Program-made: the position numbers and the translations under genes
Part shown: positions 15,329-25,527 of the stretch, piece after piece
Position numbering within the stretch: the first letter of the stretch is position 1
Layout of the letters: each line of letters starts with the position of its first letter
Assembly (NCBI GenBank): GCA_040752415.1
Contig: JBFMGU010000049.1
Span: 1-49,129 of the forward strand
DNA from: Myxococcota bacterium
Lineage (GTDB): Bacteria; Myxococcota; JACRCW01
Direction: 5' to 3'
DNA length: 49,129 bases
Notes under the pieces: generated by a model
Told to the model about the DNA's origin: nothing
Databases searched by the model: none
The model's input: only the letters and a program-made list of their open reading frames with translations

Positions 15329-17551
15329 TCACGGCGCCGTGTACGTCACGGTGACCTTCGCGGTGGTGCTTGTCGTGTTGCCACGCGAATCGGAGGCGGT
15401 GCAGCGGATGGTGGTGGTACCGACGGGGAACATGGTGCCCGACGCCGGCGTGCAGGACACGGAGACGTTGCCGTCGACCACGTCGGTGGCGCTGGCGGAG
15501 TAGGTCACCACCCGGCCGCTGGGATTCGTGGTGGTGTACGACTTGGCTGAGAGCGTGATTCGCACCAGCGGCGGCCGCGTGTCGACGATCCGCACGAGGA
15601 ACGACGCCACGCCCGTGTTCCCGGCGTCATCCTGTCCGGTGCAGGTCACGAGCGTCTGCCCAAGCGGGAAGGTGCTTCCCGAAGGGTGGCTGCAGGTCAC
15701 GGGGACGCTCGTGTCGACGATGTCGGACGCACTGGTGCTGTAGGTCACCACGCGCCCCGACGGGCCGGTGGCTTCCAGCGTGATCGTGGCGGGGACGGTG
15801 ACCACGGGCGCGGTGGTGTCCACCACGGTGACCTGGAAGGACGCCTGACCCGAGTTGCCCGCACCGTCGGTGGAGGTGCAGGTCACCGTCGTGGTCCCCA
15901 CGGCGAACGTGCTGCCCGAGGAAGGCGAGCAGGACGCCGGAAGCGCGCCGCTGACAATGTCCATGCCGCTGGCGCTGAAGGTCACCGGCGTGCCGGCGGG
16001 GCTGGTTCCCTCGCGCGTGATGTTGCCGGGGACCGTGACCGTGGGCCGGGTGGTGTCGCGCACGGTGACGGTGAAGGAGCCCATGCCCACGTTCCCCCGC
16101 GCATCCGTGGCCATGCACAGCACGGTGGTGGTTCCCAGTGAGAAGGTGCTCCCGGAGGGATTGCTGCAGCCCACGGAATTCGTCACATCTCCGCTCACGA
16201 CGTCACTGGCGGTGACGGTGAAGGTGACCGCCGCGCCCGAGGGGCCGGTGGCCTCCGCGGTGATGGGGGAGGGAACGTTGACCACGGGCGGCGTGGTGTC
16301 CTGCACCGTCACGGTGAACGACCCCGTGGCCACGTTGCCGGCGCCATCCTGTGAGGTGCACGACACCGAGGTGGTTCCAATGGAGAAGACCGTGCCCGAC
16401 GTGGGATTGCAGCTCACCGGAGTGCTGCCGCTGACGGCGTCGGAAGCGGTGGGGCTGAAGGTCACGGGGCGTCCCTCGGGACGGTCGGCCTCGTAGGTGT
16501 TGTTGGAGGGAAGATTGAGCGCCGGCGGCGTGGTGTCCTGCACGGTCACGCTGAACGACGCGCTCCCGGTGTTGCCCGCGGCATCCGTGGCGCTGCAGGT
16601 CACCGTGGTGGTGCCCAGCACAAACGTGCTTCCCGACGCGGGGGAGCAGGTTGGCGTCAAGCTGCCGTCGACGTCGTCGGTGGCGGACGCGCTGAAGGTC
16701 ACCGTGGCGCCGGACGCGCTGGTGGCCTCCGCGGTGATGTTGTTGGGAACGCTGACCACCGGAGGCGTGGTGTCCGACGCGACGCACCCGTTCGTGCCGC
16801 CGCCACCTTCCGGGCCAGCCTCCATGCTGTCCTGCACCTGCGCCAGCGTCATGACTCCGTCGTACAGGTTCAGCTCGTTGATGCAGCCGTGGAAGTCCGC
16901 GTCGTTGAAGTTCACCGCGGCACCGATGAGACGCTGGGCCATCGGCACGTCGACGACGCTGTAGTTCTCCGCCCCGCCCTTCAGCCCCATGAAGGTCGAG
17001 CTGACCAGGACGCCGTCGATGTAAAGCGTCATGTTACCGCTGGTGTAATCGTAGGTCGCCACGACGTGATACTGGTGCCCGGTGACCAGCGCCCCGCCAC
17101 CGCCGGTATTGACCTCGCCGTTGCTGTCGCTGTTGAAGTCGATCTTGGGCGACGCACCCGCGCCCCCGGCGCGGACGGTGAAGTCGATATAGGACAGCGC
17201 CGATTCCTCCCCTGCCGTCCCGAACATCCACACCTTGCTCCAGTCGCTGAGCTCCTCGACGGTGAACCACGTCTCCACCGTCAGCCAGTGGGCGGACCAG
17301 TCCAACGGCCCGCCCGGGACACTGACGTAGTTGGTCCGCGCGGAACCCCCGGGGAAATGGGCTTGGCCGCCGGAGATGGTCACGTCGCCAACCGGATTGC
17401 CGTGGTAACCGCCGGTGGAGTCCTGGAAGTTTCCGTTGAACGTGTAGTGCACCATGCGGACCGGAGGGTCCGGTGGGCCACTCACCGCGGAGGCGGGGCG
17501 CGTGAAAGCCAGTGCGACGAGGAGGCAGGTCAATGAGGTTGTCGTTTTCAT
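15329..17551 (-). CDS. Secreted LamG-like domain protein with six HYR repeats
   Basis: Signal peptide; LamG-like segment (TVETWF...YHVVATYD...LYIDG...FHGCINELNLY); six DTTxP...C.P.SGS.F..GTT.V.C repeats. Confidence 0.88.
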   Translation of the reverse strand: MKTTTSLTCLLVALAFTRPASAVSGPPDPPVRMVHYTFNGNFQDSTGGYHGNPVGDVTISGGQAHFPGGSARTNYVSVPGGPLDWSAHWLTVETWFTVEELSDWSKVWMFGTAGEESALSYIDFTVRAGGAGASPKIDFNSDSNGEVNTGGGGALVTGHQYHVVATYDYTSGNMTLYIDGVLVSSTFMGLKGGAENYSVVDVPMAQRLIGAAVNFNDADFHGCINELNLYDGVMTLAQVQDSMEAGPEGGGGTNGCVASDTTPPVVSVPNNITAEATSASGATVTFSASATDDVDGSLTPTCSPASGSTFVLGTTTVTCSATDAAGNTGSASFSVTVQDTTPPALNLPSNNTYEADRPEGRPVTFSPTASDAVSGSTPVSCNPTSGTVFSIGTTSVSCTSQDGAGNVATGSFTVTVQDTTPPVVNVPSPITAEATGPSGAAVTFTVTASDVVSGDVTNSVGCSNPSGSTFSLGTTTVLCMATDARGNVGMGSFTVTVRDTTRPTVTVPGNITREGTSPAGTPVTFSASGMDIVSGALPASCSPSSGSTFAVGTTTVTCTSTDGAGNSGQASFQVTVVDTTAPVVTVPATITLEATGPSGRVVTYSTSASDIVDTSVPVTCSHPSGSTFPLGQTLVTCTGQDDAGNTGVASFLVRIVDTRPPLVRITLSAKSYTTTNPSGRVVTYSASATDVVDGNVSVSCTPASGTMFPVGTTTIRCTASDSRGNTTSTTAKVTVTYTAP

Positions 17552-17832
17552 GGGCGCAGCCTTCCTGAGCGAAACGCGTTGGTCAAGCAGAGACTGTGCT
17601 TACGGGCGTCTTAGTATTCCGGTCGTGCAAACCGGCCGCACCTCCGCCGGCCAGTCATCCGACATCCTGTCTCTTCCCGACGGTGCCGCCTGTGCAACAC
17701 CGCCATTCACGTCCCCATACATGTCTGCGAAGGCGATGCGAATGGAACCGGGGCGTCGACCCCACCCATGACACCGCCCATGGCGTCGTGGTACCGACGC
17801 GACGTCGTCGGGCGAACCCATCCGAGGTCTCC

Positions 17833-19506
17833 ATGAAGCTCCGCTGCACCCTGGTCTCGTCGGTCCTCCTGCTGTTCGGCTGCCCCAGCCCCGCGCCGGA
17901 GGATGTGCAGGTTGATGGTGGGGTTGGCGGCTCGGCGTCGGGTTCCTCGTCCGGCGGCGCCGGTTCCACTTCGACATCGTCCGGGGCCGGCTCGTCGTCG
18001 GGAGCCGGGTCGTCGTCGGGCGCCACGTCCTCCAGCGCGGGGACGTCCTCGTCGGGTGCGGGCACGACCAGCACCACCTCCAGCGGTGGCGTGTCGGGAT
18101 CGTCGTTTTCATCGTCCTCGTCCAGCGCGACAAGCACCGCCTCGTCGTCGACCTCGGCGTCATCATCGTCGGGCGGCGCGTGCGCGCTCACGGTGCCACC
18201 GGATGAGGACCCCTGGATGATGCATCCCCCGGCGTACGGCACGGGCGGAGTCACGGTGCGCACGCAAGGTGGACACACCGACGTGTTCCTGGACAACCCC
18301 ACGAACTACACGCGGATAGGTGCGCGCCTGGACTGGGGTGGCTCGGTGGTGTTCTTCGGGCTGGTGGACAACCCGGATTCCAACGTGATCGACGCCAACG
18401 ACACCGGCCGCGAGCTGCAACTGGCGCTCTACGACCCCGAGCGCGTGGCCCAGGGGTGCGCGCACAACGCAAGCTGTCTCACCTCGACACCGCCGTGCGC
18501 AGGCTCCATCACCTACCTTGGCTGGAACCCCGTCCAGGGCGGCGACGAGTGTGGACACGGCTCCCCCGCCACGCACGCCGAGCTGTCCGACGGGCTGGAG
18601 GTCACGGTGAATCCTCTGCAGTGGAATCCCGACTGGAATGCGCCGGATTGTCGTCAGTCCGCGTGCGGCGCGTCCGGCGTGCCCGTGGGCGTGGTGTACG
18701 TCATGCAGTTCCGCTTCCTGACGCAGCACGTGGTGCAATTGAAGCTGGAGGTGCGCAGCGAGGAGACCATCGACCACGTGGTCACGACCCAGGAGTTCCC
18801 GACGTTGTACGTGGCCCACGGACAGGATGGTCCTGACCTGCCGCTGCTGCTGGACGCCAACGGGAACACCATCAGCATCGACCAACCGGCCAACGACGGA
18901 TTCTTCGTGAAGGATTTCACGTCGTCACGACCGTGGGTCACGTTCCAGAACTCCACGCGCGACTACGGCGTGGGGTTGGCCATGGACCAGGGCGTCCTCG
19001 GCTTCCAGGGGTGGCACGGCAATGGCTCCAACGCGCCGTACTTCCACAATGTGCGCGCGCACATCGCCTTCGGTCTGCGGGCTGGTCGTGTGGTTCGCGG
19101 CGTGGCCTACCTGGCGCTGGGCTCGGAGGGCACGGTGCGCACGGAGCTGGAGGGTGTGTTGGCGCAGCGTGCGCCTTTTGGATCGTTGGATGCACCGGCG
19201 TCGGGTACGCCCGTGGTGGTGGATGCCGGCACCGCGATTCCCGTGGGCGGGTGGGCGTTGGACAGCGAAGGCGGGACGACGGTGGAAGCGTTGGTGGACG
19301 GTGTTTCCCGGGCAAGCCTTGCCCTCGAGTTGGACCGCAACGACGTGTGCGAGGTGTATCCCGCGTATCAGCCGTGCCCGCGACCGGGCTTCTCCGGCGT
19401 GGTGCCCACGGACGGACTCAGCGGCTGTCACCGCCTGACGGTGCAGGCGAGGGATGCCGACGGAAACACCCAGGTGCTGGGAGAGCGCGTGCTGGAGATT
19501 CGCTAA
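17833..19506 (+). CDS. Lipoprotein with Ser/Gly linker, unassigned Cys-containing domain and C-terminal Ig-like domain
   Basis: GAGG RBS and ATG 17833; lipobox LLFGC; Ser-rich linker; C-terminal PFGSLDAP...GWALD...VDG module. Confidence 0.75.
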   Translation: MKLRCTLVSSVLLLFGCPSPAPEDVQVDGGVGGSASGSSSGGAGSTSTSSGAGSSSGAGSSSGATSSSAGTSSSGAGTTSTTSSGGVSGSSFSSSSSSATSTASSSTSASSSSGGACALTVPPDEDPWMMHPPAYGTGGVTVRTQGGHTDVFLDNPTNYTRIGARLDWGGSVVFFGLVDNPDSNVIDANDTGRELQLALYDPERVAQGCAHNASCLTSTPPCAGSITYLGWNPVQGGDECGHGSPATHAELSDGLEVTVNPLQWNPDWNAPDCRQSACGASGVPVGVVYVMQFRFLTQHVVQLKLEVRSEETIDHVVTTQEFPTLYVAHGQDGPDLPLLLDANGNTISIDQPANDGFFVKDFTSSRPWVTFQNSTRDYGVGLAMDQGVLGFQGWHGNGSNAPYFHNVRAHIAFGLRAGRVVRGVAYLALGSEGTVRTELEGVLAQRAPFGSLDAPASGTPVVVDAGTAIPVGGWALDSEGGTTVEALVDGVSRASLALELDRNDVCEVYPAYQPCPRPGFSGVVPTDGLSGCHRLTVQARDADGNTQVLGERVLEIR

Positions 19507-22202
19507 ACTCCACCGCTCAGCCCATACGCGCGCATGGCCTCCTCCACGACGGAGACCTGCACCTGTCCCGCAAGCGCAAGCTCCCACAGCACCGCCACCA
19601 CAATGGACTCCGCATCCACGCGGAAGAACCTGCGCAACGCCGCCCGCGTATCCGAGCGGCCAAATCCATCCGTCCCCAGCGACGTGAACGTTTGCGGCAT
19701 CCAACGCGCAACCTGGTCCGGTACCGCGCGCATCCAGTCGCTGACGGCGACAATCGGCCCCTTCACGCCCTCCAGCGCCCGCGTGACGAACGGAGCCCGA
19801 CGTGACTGCGTGGGATGCAGGAGACTCCACTCCTCGCAGGCCAGCGCCTCACGTCGGAGCTCCGACCAGCTCGTCACGCTCCACACCTCCGCGCCAACTT
19901 CCCGCTCGGCGAGCAGCGCCTGCGCTCGTAGCGCCCAGGAGACCCCCACGCCGCTGGCAAGGATGGTGGCGCGGTGTTTCATCTTCCGCGCGGGCGCGTA
20001 CCGGTACATGCCCTGGATGACGGCTTTCTCGTCGAGACCCTGGGGCATCGGCGGCTGCACCAGCGGCTCGTTGTAGACGGTGAGGTAGTAGAACACGTCC
20101 TCGGAGTCCGCCCCGTACATGCGTCGCAGCCCATCCTCGACGATGATTGCGACCTCATACGAAAACGCGGGGTCATAGGAGATGCACGCGGGATTGGTGC
20201 TTGCCAGCAGCAGGGAGTGCCCGTCCTGGTGCTGCAGTCCTTCCCCGTTCAGCGTCGTGCGACCCGCGGTGGCGCCGAGGAGGAACCCGCGTGCGCCCTG
20301 GTCCGCGGCGCTCCACATGAGGTCGCCGGTCCGCTGGAATCCGAACATGGAATAGAAGATGTAGACCGGCACCATGTATTCGCCGTGCGTGGCGTGACAT
20401 GAGCCCGCGGCGGCAAAGGAACCCATGCTGCCCGCCTCGGTGATGCCCTCGTGCAGGATCTGCCCCTGCTGTGACTCCCGGTACGCCAACACCACGTCGT
20501 CATCCACCGGCGTGTAACGTTGCCCGCGCGAGGAGTAGATGCGCGCCGAGGGGAACAAGGCATCCATGCCGAAGGTGCGCGCCTCATCGGGAATGATGGG
20601 AACAAAGCGCTTGCCCAGGTCGTGGTGCCGCATCAGCGTGCGCAGCAGCCGGACAAAGGCCATCGTCGTGGCCATGGTCCCGGTGCCGGTGCCGCGCTTG
20701 AGGTCGTCGTAGGCCTCCCGTCCGGGCAGCTCCACCGGCCGTGCCTTCACGCGACGTTGTGGCATTGGGCCACCCAGCTCCGCGCGGCGCTCCAGCAGGT
20801 AACGCACCTCCTCGCTCTCCGGACCGGGATGGATGTAGGGCGGCAATTCGCGGTGCAATTCCTCGTCGGAGATGTCCAGCTGGAGGTTGTCGCGGAAGGC
20901 CTTCAGCGTCTCCGGCGAGAGCTTCTTCATCTGGTGCGTGGAGTTGCGCGCCTGGAACTCCGGGCCCAGCAGGAAGCCTTTCACGGTCTGCGCCAGGATC
21001 ACGGTGGGCTGCCCGCGGTGTTGCGTGGCCGCGTGATAGGCCGCATAGACCTTCTTCGGATCGTGTCCGCCGCGACCCAGCCGGGCCAGCTCCGCGTCGG
21101 AGAGGGAGCCCAGCAGGCGCTCCAGGCCGGGATGCCGGGAGATGAAATGCTCACGGAAGTACGCAACGTTGGAGGCCGCCAGCGTCTGCATCTCTCCGTC
21201 GGGCGTGGCGGCCAGCGCGCGGAGCAACGCCTGCGCGTCGTGCGCGAACAACGGATCCCAGTGGCGGTCCCACATCACCTTGATCACGTTCCAGCCCGCG
21301 CCCTGGAACAGGCTCTCCAGCTCGGAGATGATCTTGCCGTTGCCGCGCACCGGTCCGTCGAGGCGTTGCAGGTTGCAGTTCACCACGAAGACCAGGTTGT
21401 CCAGGGCCTCGCGTGAGGCCACCGTCAGCACACCCTGGGTCTCCGGCTCATCCATTTCTCCGTCGCCCAGGAAGGCCCACACGCGGGAGCGCGAGGTGTC
21501 CTTGATGCCGCGGTGTTGCAGGTAGCGGTTGAAGCGCGCCTGGTAGACGGCGCAGAGGCCACCCAGGCCCATGGACACCGTCGGAAACTCCCAGAAGCCG
21601 GGCATCAGCCGCGGATGCGGATACGACGACAGACCAGGAGGTCCACCTCGGACGCGCGGCGTTTCCTGCCGGAACAGGTCCAGCTGCTCCTCGTTGAGGC
21701 GACCCTCCAGGAATGCGCGCGCGTAGATGCCGGGCGAGGCGTGCCCCTGGAAATAGATCTGGTCCCCGGCGCCGTCGGCGTGGCCGCGGAAGAAGTGGTT
21801 GAACCCCACCTCGAACAGCGTGGCCGTCGACGCGTACGTGGCAATGTGTCCGCCCACTCCCAGTTCGGCGCGGTTGGCGCGCGACACCATCACCGCGGCG
21901 TTCCAGCGCACGTAGGCCTCGATTCGCCGCTCCAGCGCCTCGTCGGGAAGCTCGGGGTCCGTGTCCGCGTCCAGGGTGTTGACGTCGGGTGTGGCGCCGG
22001 CGGTGGGCACGGTAATGCCTCGCGTGCGGGCGTGCTCCAGCAAGGACGCCAGCAGGGAGCGCGCCTGCGTGCGGCCTTCGTGGGTCAACACGTCGTCAAG
22101 CGCTTCCATCCATTCGCCAATTTCGCCCTGTTCCACCGGCTCCGGGAGCCTCTCGCCTTTCCGGGGTTCGTCGGCACGGGCGCCGTGTTGTGTTCCCGCC
22201 AT
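19503..22202 (-). CDS. aceE: Pyruvate dehydrogenase E1, homodimeric type
   Basis: [41 protein letters not shown] (ThDP motif), [27 protein letters not shown] precedes ATG 22202. Confidence 0.96.
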   Translation of the reverse strand: MAGTQHGARADEPRKGERLPEPVEQGEIGEWMEALDDVLTHEGRTQARSLLASLLEHARTRGITVPTAGATPDVNTLDADTDPELPDEALERRIEAYVRWNAAVMVSRANRAELGVGGHIATYASTATLFEVGFNHFFRGHADGAGDQIYFQGHASPGIYARAFLEGRLNEEQLDLFRQETPRVRGGPPGLSSYPHPRLMPGFWEFPTVSMGLGGLCAVYQARFNRYLQHRGIKDTSRSRVWAFLGDGEMDEPETQGVLTVASREALDNLVFVVNCNLQRLDGPVRGNGKIISELESLFQGAGWNVIKVMWDRHWDPLFAHDAQALLRALAATPDGEMQTLAASNVAYFREHFISRHPGLERLLGSLSDAELARLGRGGHDPKKVYAAYHAATQHRGQPTVILAQTVKGFLLGPEFQARNSTHQMKKLSPETLKAFRDNLQLDISDEELHRELPPYIHPGPESEEVRYLLERRAELGGPMPQRRVKARPVELPGREAYDDLKRGTGTGTMATTMAFVRLLRTLMRHHDLGKRFVPIIPDEARTFGMDALFPSARIYSSRGQRYTPVDDDVVLAYRESQQGQILHEGITEAGSMGSFAAAGSCHATHGEYMVPVYIFYSMFGFQRTGDLMWSAADQGARGFLLGATAGRTTLNGEGLQHQDGHSLLLASTNPACISYDPAFSYEVAIIVEDGLRRMYGADSEDVFYYLTVYNEPLVQPPMPQGLDEKAVIQGMYRYAPARKMKHRATILASGVGVSWALRAQALLAEREVGAEVWSVTSWSELRREALACEEWSLLHPTQSRRAPFVTRALEGVKGPIVAVSDWMRAVPDQVARWMPQTFTSLGTDGFGRSDTRAALRRFFRVDAESIVVAVLWELALAGQVQVSVVEEAMRAYGLSGGV

Positions 22203-22380
22203 GGCCCCAACCTCCGCGCGTCTGACATGAGCTAACGGCGCTCCGGCACCCATGCCGACGTCACGGCCCCGTTGCGGGCCACGCAGGAACCTCGCATCCC
22301 CGGGCGGTATGTCCTCGTGGAACCGGAGCGCGCCCGTGGTGTCGTCAACGACGCACGCGGCACTCCCGACGGAGGCCAAG

Positions 22381-22776
22381 ATGGAGAATCCCTCGGTGGT
22401 GGATCTGAAGCCGCTGCTGGAGCAGGCGTTCTACGTGGCGCCGGCGTGGAAGGGCACGCGGGCGCTGGTGGAGGCAACCCAGACCTACGTGGCCACGCAT
22501 GGCCCGGACCGTTTCAATTACGAGCTTGTGGCGCCGGAGAAACCAGATGCCAATTGGCTGGACACGGTGGCGCGTCGCCTCATCTACCACTGCGACAGCC
22601 TGGACGTTCCCCTGCCGCAGTGCGCCGGCGTGTTCGTCTCCATCTTCAAGGGAGACCAGCTGTATTGCCTGACGGCGAAGACGTTCCTGGAGCAGGCCGC
22701 GCGCGTGCTCGGAGTGGACCTCGCGGACCTGGCGCGCACGTCGGGAACGCAGGAGGCGCGGGAAGCTCAACGGTGA
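22381..22776 (+). CDS. Hypothetical protein resembling the myxobacterial STAUR_1299-type family
   Basis: GGAGG RBS and ATG 22381. YELV...LIYHCDS...[18 protein letters not shown] pattern recognised from memory, not verified by search. Confidence 0.6.
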   Translation: MENPSVVDLKPLLEQAFYVAPAWKGTRALVEATQTYVATHGPDRFNYELVAPEKPDANWLDTVARRLIYHCDSLDVPLPQCAGVFVSIFKGDQLYCLTAKTFLEQAARVLGVDLADLARTSGTQEAREAQR

Positions 22777-22791
22777 CAACGGGAACCCAGC

Positions 22792-22907
22792 AGCCCCGTG
22801 CCCCTGCCCGTGCCCGGCCTGCAGGTTCACTCGACGGAGAGTTCTCTGCGGGAACCCTCGTCGGGCCCCTCGGCTCTCAAGCCGGGCAGGGGCACGGGCA
22901 GGGGGCT
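22792..22907. repeat. Inverted pair of (G/C)TGCCC hexamer arrays
   Basis: agccccgtgcccctgcccgtgcccggc (22792-22818) faces gccgggcaggggcacgggcagggggct (22881-22907). Confidence 0.6.
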
Positions 22908-23048
22908 TCTCACTCCTGACCTCCGACTTCCTTTTTGCGGATTTCCAACAACCCATGACGCTCAACGCATCCCGCGGCCACCGGTCAGGAGGTGGAATCC
23001 CGCGCGTTTCCCGTCTATGCAGGATGCCTTCCCGCGTCAGGAGTCACC

Positions 23049-24488
23049 ATGTCCGTCACCCAGGCTTCCCTCGGCAATCCCGCGCGTCTCCAGCAGTGGA
23101 TGCAGCAGCAGAACATCTCCGGCAGTCCCGCGCAGCTCTCCTCCACGCAGATGCAGCAGGCCTCGCGCGAGTTGAAGCTGCCCCTCGTCGACGTCCTCAA
23201 CGCACGCGACGCGCTGATCAACCAGGCCGCCACGCAGAATGAACAGGCCGGCGCCAGCTCGCAGCAGCTGCGGCAGTCGAGCACGGGTGCGGCGGCGTCG
23301 TTTGGTGGCAAGAGCCTGGCGTCGTCACCGGCCATGACGCGGTTCCAGGCGCAGACCAGCGGCGCCACCATGACGCCGGCCATGGAAGCCTACCGGGGTG
23401 CGCGTTACACCATGGATGACGTGCGCGCCGCGCAGCAGGCCTTCAATCTCCCGTCGCTGGCCGCCGCCAAGGAGTTCATTGGCAACGCCGTGCTGAAGGG
23501 CAATGAAGCGGTGTTGCGCGAGAAGGGCATCACGCCGGGAAACTTTGATGGGCACGAGTGCATGGCGGCGTTCCGCAAGAGCGGCTATTCCGAATCCGAC
23601 GTGCGCACCGCCATGAAGAAGTTCGACTTCCTCCGCGACGGCACCGTGCAGGAGGCGCGCGAGTACATCGGCCTCAAGGTGCTCAACAACTACGAGAGCA
23701 TGCTCAGCGAGGTGGGCATCACCCGCAGCAACTATGACCGCCACGAGATGATGGATGCGTTCCGCTCCAGCGGTTACAGCCTCGAGGACGCGCGCAAGGC
23801 GCAGCAGGCCTTTGACTTCCTGAAGGGCTCTCCGCTCGACGAGGTCAAGGAGTACATTGGCCTCAAGGTGCTCAACAACTACGAGAGCATGCTGGCCGAC
23901 GTGGGCATCACCCGCGGCCAGTGGGACGCCCACGAGTGCATGGCGGCGTTCAAGCGCAGCGGCTACTCGGACGCCGACGCCAAGGAGGCCATGAAGAAGT
24001 TTGACTTCCTGAAGGGCGGAACCCTCGACGAGGCCAAGGAGTACATCGGCCTGAAGATCGTCAACAACTACGAGAGCATGCTCAGCGAGGTGGGCATCAC
24101 CCGCGACAACTACGACCGCCACGAGATGCTGGAGGCGTTCAGCAAGTCCGGTTACAGCACGGCGGATGCGCTCGCCGCCAAGGAGAAGTTCGACTTCCTG
24201 AAGAACAGCTCCCTCGGCGAGGTGAAGGAGTACATTGGCCTCAAGGTGCTCAACAACTACGAGAGCATGCTGAGCGAGGTGGGCATCACGCGGAACCAGT
24301 GGGACAGCCACGAGCTGGAAGCCGCGTTCAAGAATGCCGGCTACTCCGACGCGCACGCGCGCAAGGCCATTGCCAAGTTTGATTTCCTCAAGGACGCGTC
24401 GCTGCAGGAGGCGCGCGAGTACATTGGCTTGAAGGTGGTCAACAACTACGAGCAGATGCTCCGCGACGTGAGCATCACCCGCAACTGA
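23049..24488 (+). CDS. Hypothetical protein with Gln/Ser-rich N-terminus and five tandem 63-aa repeats
   Basis: AGGAG RBS and ATG 23049; 189-nt periodicity over 23544-24485 (D.HE...AF..SGYS..DA..A..KFDFL.....E..EYIGLKVLNNYESML.EVGITR). Confidence 0.85.
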   Translation: MSVTQASLGNPARLQQWMQQQNISGSPAQLSSTQMQQASRELKLPLVDVLNARDALINQAATQNEQAGASSQQLRQSSTGAAASFGGKSLASSPAMTRFQAQTSGATMTPAMEAYRGARYTMDDVRAAQQAFNLPSLAAAKEFIGNAVLKGNEAVLREKGITPGNFDGHECMAAFRKSGYSESDVRTAMKKFDFLRDGTVQEAREYIGLKVLNNYESMLSEVGITRSNYDRHEMMDAFRSSGYSLEDARKAQQAFDFLKGSPLDEVKEYIGLKVLNNYESMLADVGITRGQWDAHECMAAFKRSGYSDADAKEAMKKFDFLKGGTLDEAKEYIGLKIVNNYESMLSEVGITRDNYDRHEMLEAFSKSGYSTADALAAKEKFDFLKNSSLGEVKEYIGLKVLNNYESMLSEVGITRNQWDSHELEAAFKNAGYSDAHARKAIAKFDFLKDASLQEAREYIGLKVVNNYEQMLRDVSITRN

Positions 24489-24498
24489 CCCACGCGGC

Positions 24499-25527
24499 GT
24501 GACGTCTCCGCTTCCCTCCCATCCCGACCTCCGCGCTGGTTTCGAGCTGGAGCTGCTGGCTCCCTCGGGGCGGGGGCGTCACGCCCTGGCGCAGGCGCTG
24601 GCCCGTCGGGTGGGCGGGGCGGTGCGTTACGGTTTCAAGTACATCTCCGAGGGGACCACGCCAGAAGACCGGCCCATCTGCCATCTCACGCCTGCCTACC
24701 GCGTGCTGGATGCGCAAGGCGGTGTCCACGTCACGCTGGTGGATGACATCACCATCCGTGAGCAGCTGGAGGCCTCCGCGCCGCCGGGAGAGCACGGTTA
24801 CCGCGTGGTGATGGATGACCTGCGGCTTGCGCTGTGGCTGGAACGCGTGGCGTGGGTGGAGGAGCCGCGGCTGGAGTTGATGCTGCGTTCCGTGGTGGAG
24901 ACGTTCAACGTCACGCTCCCACCGCGACCGCTCGACGAGGGAAGACACGTCGTCCGCGACCCCTTTGGCAACACGGTGTGCGTGGTGGAGCCCACGGGTG
25001 GAGAGCGGGAGCGCGTCTGTGAGGTGGTGACGCGGCCGCTCACGCGCGCGGAACGCCGTGCGGTGTTGACGGAAATCCTCGACGTGGCGAAGGACCTGGG
25101 CTTCGTGGCTCCCGTTGAGGCGGCGTTGCACGTGCACCTGGATCGGGCTCCGTGGATGGAGACGCGTCGGCTCACGCAGCTCATCGTCGACCACAGCGTG
25201 CTGCGGCCCATGCTGATCACCGAATGGCAGCCCAATCCGCGGTGTCGCCTGTTGGGCCCGTTTCCGCCCCATGTGCTGCGCGTGGCGGAAGAAGCCCCTG
25301 GGGACCTGCCATTCGCGGAACTGTGCGCGGCGCTGGATCTTGCGGGCGCCACCAAGTCCTCGGACATCAACATCCTCGGCGTCATCCGGCCGTACCCCAA
25401 GCAGCCCACGTTGGAGGTACGCAGCCTGCCCATGACGTTGGACGCGGATTCCCTGCTGGAAAGCGTGGCTCGGGTGGAGCGTTTCCTCGACGAGTCCGCG
25501 CGCACCGCCGATCAGCGCGCCCAGTGA
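24499..25527 (+). CDS. Putative amidoligase (COOH-NH2 ligase type 2 family)
   Basis: GFELEL, EVVTRPL, ALHVHLD and TLEVR motifs in the family order. Confidence 0.75.
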   Translation: MTSPLPSHPDLRAGFELELLAPSGRGRHALAQALARRVGGAVRYGFKYISEGTTPEDRPICHLTPAYRVLDAQGGVHVTLVDDITIREQLEASAPPGEHGYRVVMDDLRLALWLERVAWVEEPRLELMLRSVVETFNVTLPPRPLDEGRHVVRDPFGNTVCVVEPTGGERERVCEVVTRPLTRAERRAVLTEILDVAKDLGFVAPVEAALHVHLDRAPWMETRRLTQLIVDHSVLRPMLITEWQPNPRCRLLGPFPPHVLRVAEEAPGDLPFAELCAALDLAGATKSSDINILGVIRPYPKQPTLEVRSLPMTLDADSLLESVARVERFLDESARTADQRAQ

